DNA of 64,000 bases, taken from Carcharhinus longimanus (taxonomy: Eukaryota). The translations under genes were made by a program, and so were the position numbers. The notes beneath the pieces are model-generated. The model saw only the letters and a program-made list of their open reading frames with translations. It was not told the origin of the DNA and did no database searches. Shown here in pieces: positions 52,827 through 63,394 of this stretch; positions within the stretch are counted from its first letter, which is position 1; every line of letters starts with the position of its first letter. The DNA lies in NCBI GenBank assembly GCA_030264375.1, contig JASCQW010000081.1, positions 53,313,614 through 53,377,613 of the forward strand, in the 5' to 3' direction.

Positions 52827-55082
52827 AATCTTTCACAGTCTGAAATGATGAGGCTCAACAGTATTTTTGAGGTGTGCAAGGTTTGCTGGCAGTTAAGACT
52901 TTGCAAGCTACAATGGAATGGGCAAAGCTTAACTTTTTTTTTGTTTTTGTGGATATATTTCAATTAAGTACAGCAATTTTGTGCCATTTCACATATTATG
53001 GTGCAGAGTTCCTTTGCAACATACTGGTACTACATAGCTTCTGGAGGCACAGGGCACCCCAGACACATTATTTCCATGTTGAACTGTGTACTTTCAATTA
53101 TTGGTTGTTGCTACCTGCTTTATATTTTCAGTATGTATAAACTCACCGTTACAGACAAAAATTAATTCAGAGAACTTCTATACTGACAACACTTTACTAC
53201 CACTTCAACCTTTCCACTGCCTCTTATCGAGAGTACTTGTCCAAGATTTTAGCCCTTGGGCAAATTCAGTTGCCTAGACACTGATTTCATCCCTTCTTGG
53301 GCTGAACCAGACAGCTTGCAGCTTCAGCATCTTGTCTGGCACCATGTCCTCTCCAACTTAAAGACTGTCCCCGTAGTATCATCCATCTTTACTCCTGCCT
53401 CTGCTCATTTGTTGCTGAAATCCTAATGAGTACCTTTTGTTACTCTGATATTCTAATGCTTTCCTGACTAGCCTCTAATCTGCACCAGGTCTATTCCCCT
53501 GTTCCTCCCAATGTATGTTGATCTACATTGGCTCCCAGTTTTCCAATTTATTAGTTTTTAACATTTTCACACCTTTATTCAAATCTCCCTTCAGTTTTAT
53601 TTTTCTTGCTTGTCCTTCAGCCTTTAAAGTTCTATTTCTCCAACTCTTTCCTACCTTCTTCACAAAACTATTGATGACCAATGGTCATCAGCTGTCTGGA
53701 CACTTTTGGAATCACTATGGTTCTGTCCTACTTTTAGACTCTCCTTAAACCCTAATTACTGAAGGAAGACTTTGCTTAAATCTAATATCTCTAGCTTGGT
53801 GTCAAATTTTGTCTGATAATCCTACATTGAAGTCCCTTGGGGCATTCTATTATGTTCAGAGTGCTATATAAATGTAAGTTGTGGAGAACATCTGTTCATT
53901 CAGGAGTACCAATTCATTCAGTGCTGACTGACAACTTGGAAAAAATAAATCTGCTGAATTGCGAAATAAACTTAAGTGCAACTATTTGCATTTCAGTGTC
54001 GTCATGTTTTGTTTCTAAACTTGGGTTCAGTACCATTAGTGCAAAGATGTTATTCAGCACTCTACTGTTTGTATAGTGAATGGGATGGTGAACTCAGTTG
54101 CAGATGTCTCCCTTTTCTAATAATGAAAACACAATTTTTGGGGGTGGAGAAATACCACAACTCATTTATTCTGCAGTCCCTTCAAAATTTTTTTTTGGGT
54201 AACCAAAAAGTAAAATTGAAGTATTTGTGCAGTTCCCCTAATTTAAACAAAGGGGATGGGAAGAGGCTGATGTGGACCATAAACACCAGCAAATGGCCTG
54301 TTTCTGTATTAACTTATTTTTGCTGTAACTTGATATTATCCAAGTTGCTCATCTTGCGGTTGTATTGCATATATTTGGGAATTCTCTAAACAAGCCAGAA
54401 TAAATTCTAAGGATTTCCAAAGTTCTGCAGAATTGCATGTTAATGTAATGCTGGTTGAGCAACAGTCTAAATATTTGATTCATAATACTTGAAAATTGAG
54501 TAGCTCATTTTCCTTCATTCAACGAATCCTTTTAAAATAGTTGCTTTGTTGTTGAAATTTACATATTCTCAGCTTATGTATAATGTAGAATCTGATATTG
54601 GGCAGTAGGTAATACCTGAGACTAGTTTGTATACATGTCCTCAGTGGTTGCGTAAACCCGTATTCCGGTTTGTTTAAATATACAGCTATTCCAAGGCTGG
54701 TTAAAGCCAGTGCAAAGAATATGAACCCAAAGCTGGTTAAAGCCAGTGCAGAGAGTATGAACATCAGCAAAAGCAAGTAGTCAAAGTAAAAATTGAAACA
54801 TTTATTTAAAAAATACAGTATGACACTTTTAATATAACTTATTGAGCTGCAGCACTGGCTATGTGGACTACATGAACAGGTGTTGAATGTTTCATCCTGT
54901 GTAACATGGAGCCATGCCTGCTTAATGTGCTGACAGAAATGTTGTCAGCCTTAGTTTCCAACCTCCACTCAATGCCACTTGCTTTCCATATTATGATATA
55001 GATGGCTCTTAGCACTTTGCTGTCCTGCTGTGATCTCGGCTTGCTTAGATAACTAAAATTTTGCTGCTTTATTTTCCTTCAG

Positions 55083-55242
55083 TAACAGTTTTCAATGAAG
55101 GTGCACAGTCAGATGTAACTGAACATGCTTCTCAATCTGTTCCCATGGTTACAACATCCACGGGAAGTTTGTCAAATACAGCTGACTCTGGAGGTGGTGA
55201 TGATGCAGATGAAGTTTTTGTGGAAGGAACAGACCAAGAGGG
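55083..55242 (+). CDS. TPR: TPR exon: [28 protein letters not shown]...[11 protein letters not shown](G)
   Basis: cttcag|TA ... GG|gtaaga; 160 nt, phase 1/2. Confidence 0.96.
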
Positions 55243-55444
55243 GTAAGATGAAAGAAAAGTATCTTTCAATCTGTGATAAATCAAATTAATTCACTTTTGC
55301 AGATTTTGATATTAAAAAATTTTTTAAAAATTCATATTTCCATTAAATTTTCAGTTGGATTAGAATATTAACTAAATTCTGAACTGACTACAGTTCAGTT
55401 AAAAATCCTCATTAAATCTTAATTGATTTTAACAGCAGTAAGTA

Positions 55445-55780
55445 ATGTATACTATAGGCCATCCAACAGCCCGAGGTCAGTGGAGGAAGGTATTTGCAGA
55501 GACATTTTAGATAGGTGCAGAAAGAATAAGGTGGTTGTAGTGGGTGACTTTAACCTTCCTGGAGTAGATTGGAAGGTGCCTAGAGCTGGGGGTACGGAGG
55601 GAGAGGAGTTTGTAAAGTGTGTGTTGGAAGGGTCCCTAGAGCAGTACGTAACTAGCCCGACTAGGGAGGGGGCTATACTGGATTTAGTGTTGGGAAATGA
55701 GCCGGGGCAGGTGGTTGAGGTTGAGGTAGGCGAACATGTGGCTAACAGTGACCACAAGTCCGTCTACTTTAGGATAAAAA
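55445..55780 (+). mobile_element. CR1 ORF2 APE-endonuclease fragment
   Basis: YYRPSNS...VVVGDFNLPGVDW...PTREGAILDLVL...SDH. Confidence 0.9.
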
Positions 55781-55880
55781 NNNNNNNNNNNNNNNNNNNN
55801 NNNNNNNNNNNNNNNNNNNNNNNNNNNNNNNNNNNNNNNNNNNNNNNNNNNNNNNNNNNNNNNNNNNNNNNNNNNNNNNN

Positions 55881-56175
55881 CTTCTGGGACCTCACCTGTG
55901 TCCAAAGAAGAGACAAAGATTTGCGTCAGAGGCCCAGCAATTTCATCTTTCACCTCCGTAAGCAGCCTGGGATAAATACCATCAGGCCCTGGAGCTTTAT
56001 CTGTTTTTATGCTACCTAAAAACCTTAGCACTTCCTCCCTCGTAATGGATATTTCCTTCCACTGATCTACAGCTCCCTCCAAGACACTACACGACACCAA
56101 ACCCCCCTCCTTCGTGAATACCGACGCAAAGTATTCATTCAGGATCTCCCCCATTCCCTCCAAGTTAAGTAAGTC
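55881..56175 (-). mobile_element. CR1 ORF2 pre-RT fragment
   Basis: MGEILNEYFASVFTKE...KAPGPDGIYPRLLTEVKDEIAGPLTQIF. Confidence 0.9.
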
Positions 56176-57599
56176 TGCTGGACACTGGCACTGCATAAAG
56201 CCTTCTGAACCCAATTAATCAATTTATCTCTTAATGCTACAATACTTGACTATTCACCATAACGTTTTGGGAGATTTTTCCATTGTGAAAAGTATTTTCG
56301 AAATCTAGATTAGTTCTTTAGTAGTTCTTCACCATGTTATGACCCTAAACTAGACCCACATTGTGGAGGTAATATCCAGTAAAGGATCAATTACATTTTG
56401 TTTGAAATAGATAAAGTTGCGATTCAAGACATTTTGCTCAGTGAATAAAGGCACAAGATTATTTATACAAGGTCAGAAAAATAAGACATTTTAGCCTATC
56501 CATCTTGTACTGCAACATTCAGGGTTAAGTGAGGTACATATGAATTAGCATGCAAAATGTGCTCAAACACACCACATTGCACACAATGGCTAATGCAACT
56601 AAGACATAGTCCACAGCAACCCACCGAGATGTCAGTAAAGGAGTCAACTAGTCTCACTGAAACTATCTCTCACAAGGGATTCGCCTTTGAAGATCCTACC
56701 TAGGAATTTTCTCCACAAATGGGAGAATCTAGAACTGGAATTAAATGGTTGAGTGAGATGAGCCTAAATTTTTTCTGAAGTTAATGAATCTTTGTCACAC
56801 TTCCTCAAAGGTGGTGGAATATTTTGAAGAGGCAGAGGTGAATTTATTTTTGCTAAGCAAGGGATACGCGATTGGAGGTAGCAATGCAGATTTGAGGTTA
56901 AGGCGGATCAGCCATGATCTTACTAAATGGTGGAGCAGGCTCAAGGAGCCCAGTGGTCTATCTCCTGCTCCTCGTTCATTGGTTTGTAAAAGTTGCCCCA
57001 ACTTGAATGGCATCAATGACTGCTCACTTCACAGGGTTCCAATCTTATTCCCAAAATTCCATTGCCTGGGTTCCCAAATATGCATTCAAGCACAATTTCA
57101 ATTCTTCGGCCGCATTGAGCAGAGCACTGTATTCTTGGTGCTTCCATCTATTAAGTGTTACAACTGATAATCTTGTAAAGTTTATTTTAATTTTGATTCT
57201 TCACTTCACTTTTTCACTTCACTGCTTGCTCCAATTAAGGGGAAATCTGAGCCTATCCCAACAGGCATTGTGCGCTGCACAGATAACATAGGACAAGATG
57301 CCATTCCATCACAGGGCTCATACGCTCATGGGCAATTTACTATGGCCAACCCACCTAACTTGCATGTCGCCAGGCTGTGGGAGGGAACTGGAGTACCTGG
57401 CAAAAGCCCACAGGGGGAAGGTTCAGACTCCTCACAGGCAGGCACCCAAGGTTGGAATGGAGTAGTGAGGCAGCAAGTACCAACCATTGTGCCACCTGAT
57501 CCTTTTCAATTAAATGTTGTCCCTCATGACTTGTGTTTAATTGCGAAGCACTTCAATTCCATTACCTCATTAGTTAACAAGTGTGTCTTATGTGTTCAG

Positions 57600-57715
57600 T
57601 CTCAGTTCGGATGTGATGTTGGAAATTGAAGGGCATCAGGAAGAAGATTCTGCTCAGCCATCTGAAGAGTCAGATCTCCCATCCACAAGTCAGGATCCTC
57701 CTTCCAGTTCAGCGG
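57600..57715 (+). CDS. TPR: TPR exon: LSSDVMLEIEGHQEEDSAQPSEESDLPSTSQDPPSSSA
   Basis: gttcag|T CTC ... G|gtaagt; 116 nt, phase 2/1. Confidence 0.95.
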
Positions 57716-57835
57716 GTAAGTAATTTGAAAGGGTTCGGTGATTGTGTGTTTTCTTAGTGAGATCTGCAAGTATGTGTTTGGACATAGTGCAGCAAGCCCT
57801 TAATACTTGCTTAACACATTATTGTAAATAACGCA

Positions 57836-57985
57836 AGCTTTTGGAGTGCTGCGCCTTCATCACTCACCTGATGAAGGAGCAGCACTCCAAAAGCTCGTGC
57901 TACCAAATAAACCTGTTCGATTTTAACCTGGTGTTGTGAGATTTCTTTACTACCCCAGTCCAACGCTGGCCCCTCCACATCATAT
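57836..57985 (+). mobile_element. Penelope-like terminal repeat with a 27-bp-arm inverted repeat and a mutated hammerhead motif
   Basis: Arms 57836-57862 and 57869-57895; CTGATGA at 57868-57874; homologous to 29465-29560. Confidence 0.75.
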
Positions 57986-58911
57986 CTGAATGCAGTTTTA
58001 TGCGCCACTGTTGTGATAACATCCGCATNNNNNNNNNNNNNNNNNNNNNNNNNNNNNNNNNNNNNNNNNNNNNNNNNNNNNNNNNNNNNNNNNNNNNNNN
58101 NNNNNNNNNNNNNNNNNNNNNNNNNNNNACTGTTGTGATAACATCCGCATTTCTAGTTCTTCAATAAAAGCAGCACCTCTACAGTGTAGGAATGTTTAAA
58201 ATTAACCCTTTACAGAATAGCCTGCCTTTGTTTTGTGTTGAAGTTTGGCTTTTTATAGTACTTGTGTCTGTGGGTTTTGTCCAGTTGGAAGGGATTCTGA
58301 TCCTACACCAGTGAACTATCAGAGTGCTTTAAAAAATGAATGAGGGCAGTGTAATAAATGGCACATCTGGTGTATATAAATATAGAAAAATACCTTCTCA
58401 GGAATGCTTTTATTAAAACAAAATGTAAGCATGCCCACATGCTGGTAAATCTAGGCTGCGAGGCAAGACTATTTTTCATAGGTGTGCCTATATCAGCAGT
58501 TATTTCTCTAGATGTTCTTTTATTTCCATTTCCTAACATTTGTATGGAAAGTGAAATGCCTACTGATGTCAGTAATTGTTTGAATGCATCCATGAAATGT
58601 TATTCAAAGTGTCCTGATGCAAAGCACTTGATTCTTGAGTATAATGTGCGTCCTGGTATCCCATCCCTTGATGATAAGCATGTGCTTTTCTACTTTATTT
58701 AATTCCTTATGTTTTCAGTTTTTGGATAAAGCTTTTAAAGTACTGTACAATCGAACAGGGCATCTGATATCATTGTAAATATTAACCTGGCCTATCTGTG
58801 GTCTAGCAGTAATGGAGCTTTGATAAGTAACCATAACAGACATGATTTTTGGTTATGTATGCAATGCTTCAACATGGTCTTTCATTTTTTTTAAATGACA
58901 TATTTTAATAG

Positions 58912-59010
58912 ATACTAGTGTCAGTCAGCCGAAACCTTTGCGAAGAGTCCGACTTTATCCACAAATGGGGAGAACTGTTGTCAGAGGACGACAGTTTGTT
59001 AGCCGTAGAG
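58912..59010 (+). CDS. TPR: TPR exon: DTSVSQPKPLRRVRLYPQMGRTVVRGRQFVSRR
   Basis: taatag|AT ... G|gtaagg; 99 nt, phase 1/1. Confidence 0.95.
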
Positions 59011-60310
59011 GTAAGGCCCTTTTTAATATGTATAACATTGGTTTGGGAAAAAAATTGGAATGCTTTATAAGGGGAAAGGTGAATACAAAGTAGGAATTTA
59101 GGCTAGAGACTGAAGACATGATCCAAGAGATGGATTTTAAGCTTTTATAAGCGTTTGTAAGTGGAACAAGGCAATGATTCAAGAAGGAATGTCAGACAGT
59201 TGAGTTTTGACAAAGACGTGCCTAATGAAGGGGGGGAGCAGGTGGTGACTGAGAGGAGACAGGCAGCAAGCAATAAAACCATTCATATTCAAGCTGTGCT
59301 ATAAGGTTGCACGTGATGACTTAGATTTGAAGAACCTTGAAATTAGTTCAAAGAGCCAGAGAATTTTGCAAGGATGATCATGGGATTCGAGATCTAGATT
59401 TAACAAATGAAAGGTGTGGGTCCTGATATGCTCCCAAGAAGGGAACTTGGGATAATTGAGTGAGCTTCATTTTTATAACATAATTTAATATCTGCAACAC
59501 AATATACTTTGTATTAAAAATGACAAAGTATGCAATTTTTGCTTCATTTTTTATTATACAGTATTTGTGATAACAGGAATGAGACAAGTTGAATTAGAAA
59601 TTGCTGTCTGCAATAGAAATCATCTATTTGAATAGTAACCCCAATCAATCAACTTTTGAAATGATCATATCTGTTTCAAAATGACTTGTTAAAAGTATTC
59701 AGAAAAACAATTTAGTTACATTCAAAGGACAAGGCTCTATTTTTACCTTGTTAGGAGAAAGCAAATGTACCTTTTTGAGTAAAAGCATTATGTATGATTA
59801 TATATAAAATAGAATGGGACTAGCTGAAGTGTATTCTTCCCTAGCCCCAAACCAAAATATGTTCCAAGCTGTCAGTGCCTGGTTTGTAGGACTCCTGGCT
59901 CTGTCTGCTGCGATTGAATTGATTATAGTGAATAGGCATTCGCATATAGGGAAGTTTGCACACTTCTAGTACTGCGTTTTAAATATTTGCTGTGCCTCTG
60001 ATTATCCTTCCTCTGTGTTTCTCATATTGAACGTTCTGAAGCAGAATTGTAATTCAAAAAGTTATGGCTTTAGTCACGGTCTAAATTCTGATTTGGTTTT
60101 ACAAGTCAAATTAGTTTTCATTTCGGTTGTAAACATTTATCTGGGCTCTGCAGGCATATTATTTTGCAGATGGAAAGAGGAAGTATGATTTACAAAGAAA
60201 ATTTGAAATTTTTTCTATCGGTATTCACCAACTTTACATTTAATGATTGGCATCTAAAAATGTTTTGAAGTAGCGGTATAGTTTTAGGTAGGCTGTTCCC
60301 AGAATTTCAG

Positions 60311-60316
60311 TTTATT
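60311..60316 (-). terminator. Candidate PRG4 poly(A) signal (AATAAA on - strand) inside the last TPR intron
   Basis: First TTTATT on + below the PRG4 stop; no TTTATT or TTTAAT seen between 60317 and 60523. Confidence 0.55.
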
Positions 60317-60339
60317 ATTTACATGTTTCTTATTTGTAG

Positions 60340-60392
60340 GTATGACGCATTCAATGGCAGGAAGAGGAATTAACAGAGGAAATCATAATTGA
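60340..60392 (+). CDS. TPR: TPR terminal coding exon: GMTHSMAGRGINRGNHN*
   Basis: ttgtag|GT ATG ... TGA at 60390-60392; resembles human GVSHAMGGRGGINRGNIN*. Confidence 0.95.
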
Positions 60393-60506
60393 CTGCTTTT
60401 ACCCATTGCTGCATATTGATTCTTGATTGTCTTGTCGCAATAGAACAAAAATTCTGAACTTTGAGCATTTGTGGGTATTTGTCACAGTGTAATCTTCCCA
60501 TTGAAA

Positions 60507-60512
60507 AATAAA
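60507..60512 (+). terminator. Proximal poly(A) signal (AATAAA) for TPR; a second AATAAA at 60829-60834
   Basis: First AATAAA after the TPR stop, followed by U/GU-rich sequence. Confidence 0.65.
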
Positions 60513-60523
60513 CTGATTTCCTT

Positions 60524-60651
60524 TTACATTGTGGTGAAGCTTGAATTTTTTCTTGGGAAGTTTTTCTCGTTGCATCCATACAAGTCCTTTGTTACGCTTC
60601 TTCTTGTATTAATGGCCTTCCGGTTAACAGGATCAATGCTGTAGTATTTAT
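60524..60651 (-). CDS. PRG4: PRG4 terminal coding exon: DKYYSIDPVNRKAINTRRSVTKDLYGCNEKNFPRKNSSFTTM*
   Basis: Minus strand strong pyrimidine tract, atttag|AT AAA ... TAA; resembles human DQYYNIDVPSRTAR...WYNCP*; tail-to-tail with TPR as in human. Confidence 0.88.
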
Positions 60652-61923
60652 CTAAATGGAGAGGTGGGAAGTGAGGGGTCAAAAAAAGCAATTTTTGGTT
60701 TCACTTTAAATTCAATTAATGTTTCCCCTGCAGGTATTACAGATTCTTTCTTTCCCTCCTGTTCAACAAAGGTATTGCTTAGACTTTGGTTGTGTTGTTA
60801 TGTCAGTGACATGCCTAGACTGCTCGTTAATAAAGTGCTGACCCAGGCAACTTCAAGCATTTGAAGTGTTGTAAATGAGACTTCATAAATAGATAATAGG
60901 CAGGAGAAACAACTTGGTTTACATCAGCTCCTGTGGCAATTCATTTTTGTTAGTGCTGTATGCAGATTTTCCTTTCTATGTTCAATTGCAAATTTTTGCA
61001 CAGGAACTTTTGGGTTGTACAACCCATTAAGCCTGATCTGCTGGCCTGTTAAATCATTGCTGACCTGTACCTAAACTGTATTTATTGACCCTTGTCCCAT
61101 GGCTCTTTATACATTTACCCAATAAGCACCTATTGAACTGTCTTAAAATTTCAAACGTCCAGATTTTTGAAAGAGTTTTCGATTTTACTTCCTCTTAAAT
61201 GGCGAAAGTTGGTAATTATAATTTGAAAATTGTACTGAATTCATAACACTTTTGATCTCTGGAGTGGTAATGGAAGCCTGAGAAACATTTTTTTATTGTG
61301 TTGAAGAGCTAAACCACAGTGTTTTTGCACAATAGATCAAACATATAAAATCCAAACTTGTCTTTTCTCTCTCTCATGTATGTGTTTATTATAATTAAAA
61401 AGTTCTCATTTTTTTAAAAAAAAGTACTTGGATCTTTTGTCATTTTTAATAGGAGAACTAGTGCTGTTCCTTATTGATTCAGCTGGATAATGAGAAAAGT
61501 GCTGCTGGATGCCTCTCCCTCGCTTCTCCCTGACAGGCACACTCACCTATCCCTGCCACATGCCAGTGATTCTCATTTGTCCTGCACCCTAACCCTTGCC
61601 CCATTCTTTTTCTCTCCCCTGCTTGGAGGTGCAATCACCCCCTCACTCCTGCTCTGAGTCCTGCTTTCCCTCCCACTAAATTGCCTGTTCTCACCATTGC
61701 TCCAAGCTCCCCATATCTGGCAATTTGACTCATGCTGCTTTGGCTTGTCCTTTCAGAGACTGGGTTCTGGAGAAAAAGCTACATAATGTTTTGCAAATTT
61801 TATATTGACCTGGCCTCCCATGGAAAACCCCGGCGTACTGTGTGACTAAACAATTTCTGATTTTCTTGTCTTTTTTACCCTGTTAACTGAGACATCCCCA
61901 AACAAAATCAAGTGGAAACCTAC

Positions 61924-62049
61924 CACCAGAAAGAACATAGTATTCGTATTTTTCAGCACGTTGATGATTTGGAAATGAAATGGCAGAAGTGATCCTTGTA
62001 GGAAATCCATGCCAATTTTTTCTGACTGACATTTCGATAGAAAGTTGCT
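61924..62049 (-). CDS. PRG4: PRG4 penultimate coding exon: EQLSIEMSVRKNWHGFPTRITSAISFPNHQRAEKYEYYVLSG
   Basis: Minus strand tttcag|AG ... G|gtaggt; 126 nt, phase 1/1; resembles human WRGLPNVVTSAISLPNIRKPDGYDYYAFSK (hemopexin-like repeat). Confidence 0.9.
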
Positions 62050-63114
62050 CTGAAAGGAAGTTAAAGAATAATGCCCAAATAAAACAATGGAAAATAAATG
62101 TATTTGACTGAAACTAGGTAGACCAATTTTAGCTTAGAACATTGCTATGTAGTGGCTAATGCAGCTTCATTTTCAAGGTGTCTTTCCCTCAGTTCAGGGC
62201 ACATCGATTTGGGAACCTGCAATTGTGGAGTTCTTCGCTTCTCCTCACTTTGTTCCCACCTACGTTTTGCATGTGGAATTAGAAATTTGCTATTCACAAT
62301 ATTACTGTACTGTCCACAGGTCTTGTAGAAGAGGCTTCTGACTAGTTTATTATATGTGCAGCGAGTGCAGCCAGTTGGTCATGGCCTCGGCAAGGACACA
62401 GAGAAAGGGAATGTTCAAAATAGGTTCTTCAGACTTGAAAGCTGCATCTGAAATTTGTGACCAACATAAGACATCTTTCAATAATGGTCCATTTCAAGAA
62501 ATAGATGAGCCTAATTTCTCTCATGGCAGGTTGTCATCATTTGAGCATGGGCAACTTTCTGAATGTAGCATTATTTGCACATCCTATGACAAATATTTGT
62601 AGCACCTGAATGAATCAATGACTGCAATGCTTTGGTAGGTTATTTCTGTCCTGCCCATCCTGCAGAAGAATATCCTTTTACTGTATAAAAGAAACAAATT
62701 GAAAAAAACTCCCACAGCTAACTCTTGAGGTGCATTACTGTCATAATGTGATCACACTCCTAATCTTGCCCTTTAATTGTTCTTTGGCTGAATTAATCAA
62801 AATATTCTCAAATGATGACACCAGCTTTCTACATTGTATACAACTACAATTATTAAACCACTTTATGACTATCACGGAACCATTTCTGCTTAATGGCAGA
62901 TTAAGGATTGGTTCAGAAGCTTCAATTTTCTCATTCATTTTTTTTAAATGAATGAAGATGTTTACTGATTCTCAATATTCCTTGGCCATATTTTAACCTG
63001 GGGTGGGGGAATCACACTGTTAGGAAAGTAAAGTTCCACACACTGCTATTGCAAGGTAATCCAACAAAAATGACTTGTCTAGCCACAAAATCTACTACAA
63101 TACTATAATTGTAC

Positions 63115-63258
63115 CTGTCTTTAGTGTTTTAATTGTCTGTTTTATAACCAGTGTCTGCCGTTTGAAACGTTGCTTTAATACTGGGTACGTGTAGGACATA
63201 GTACGTGGTCCACAAGTAGTGGGAGATCTTTGATACACATATTTCTGGTAAAGTCCAC
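63115..63258 (-). CDS. PRG4: PRG4 (lubricin) third-last coding exon: GGLYQKYVYQRSPTTCGPRTMSYTYPVLKQRFKRQTLVIKQTIKTLKT
   Basis: Minus strand ttctag|GT GGA ... ACA G|gtacaa; 144 nt, phase 1/1; resembles human GGSIQQYIYKQEPVQKCPGRRPALNYPV...RRRFER. Confidence 0.85.
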
Positions 63259-63394
63259 CTAGAATAATAACACTACCTTAGTTATTGAAGAAAATTGCAT
63301 GGTGACATATTCATTCTCTTTAGAAAACAGCTGCAATCATGAAAACAAAGTTTGAGTCGAATATACAAAAACTAGAGTAAGTCACACTTTTTTT

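Larger units (their letters stand above)
2199..60392 (+). other. TPR: TPR gene (nucleoprotein TPR), 3' portion: 29 coding exons, 1377 aa + stop; 5' part lies upstream of the window
   Basis: Exons with AG/GT boundaries (one GC donor) and matching phases splice to one open frame colinear with human TPR from VTEEVR... to ...GINRGN.N*: coiled coil, bipartite NLS, acidic region, S/T-P-rich tail. Confidence 0.98.

Noticed and set aside
54691-54762. 36-bp tandem duplication with a small hairpin per unit
   Set aside because: Two adjacent units without spacers; ordinary local duplication
58007-58150. 22-bp direct repeat flanking a 100-N gap
   Set aside because: Same assembly-overlap signature
60170-60220. 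Possible 51-nt in-frame cassette exon in the last TPR intron (DGKRKYDLQRKFEIFSI)
   Set aside because: Weak donor (TCG|GTATTC), no homology; expected by chance
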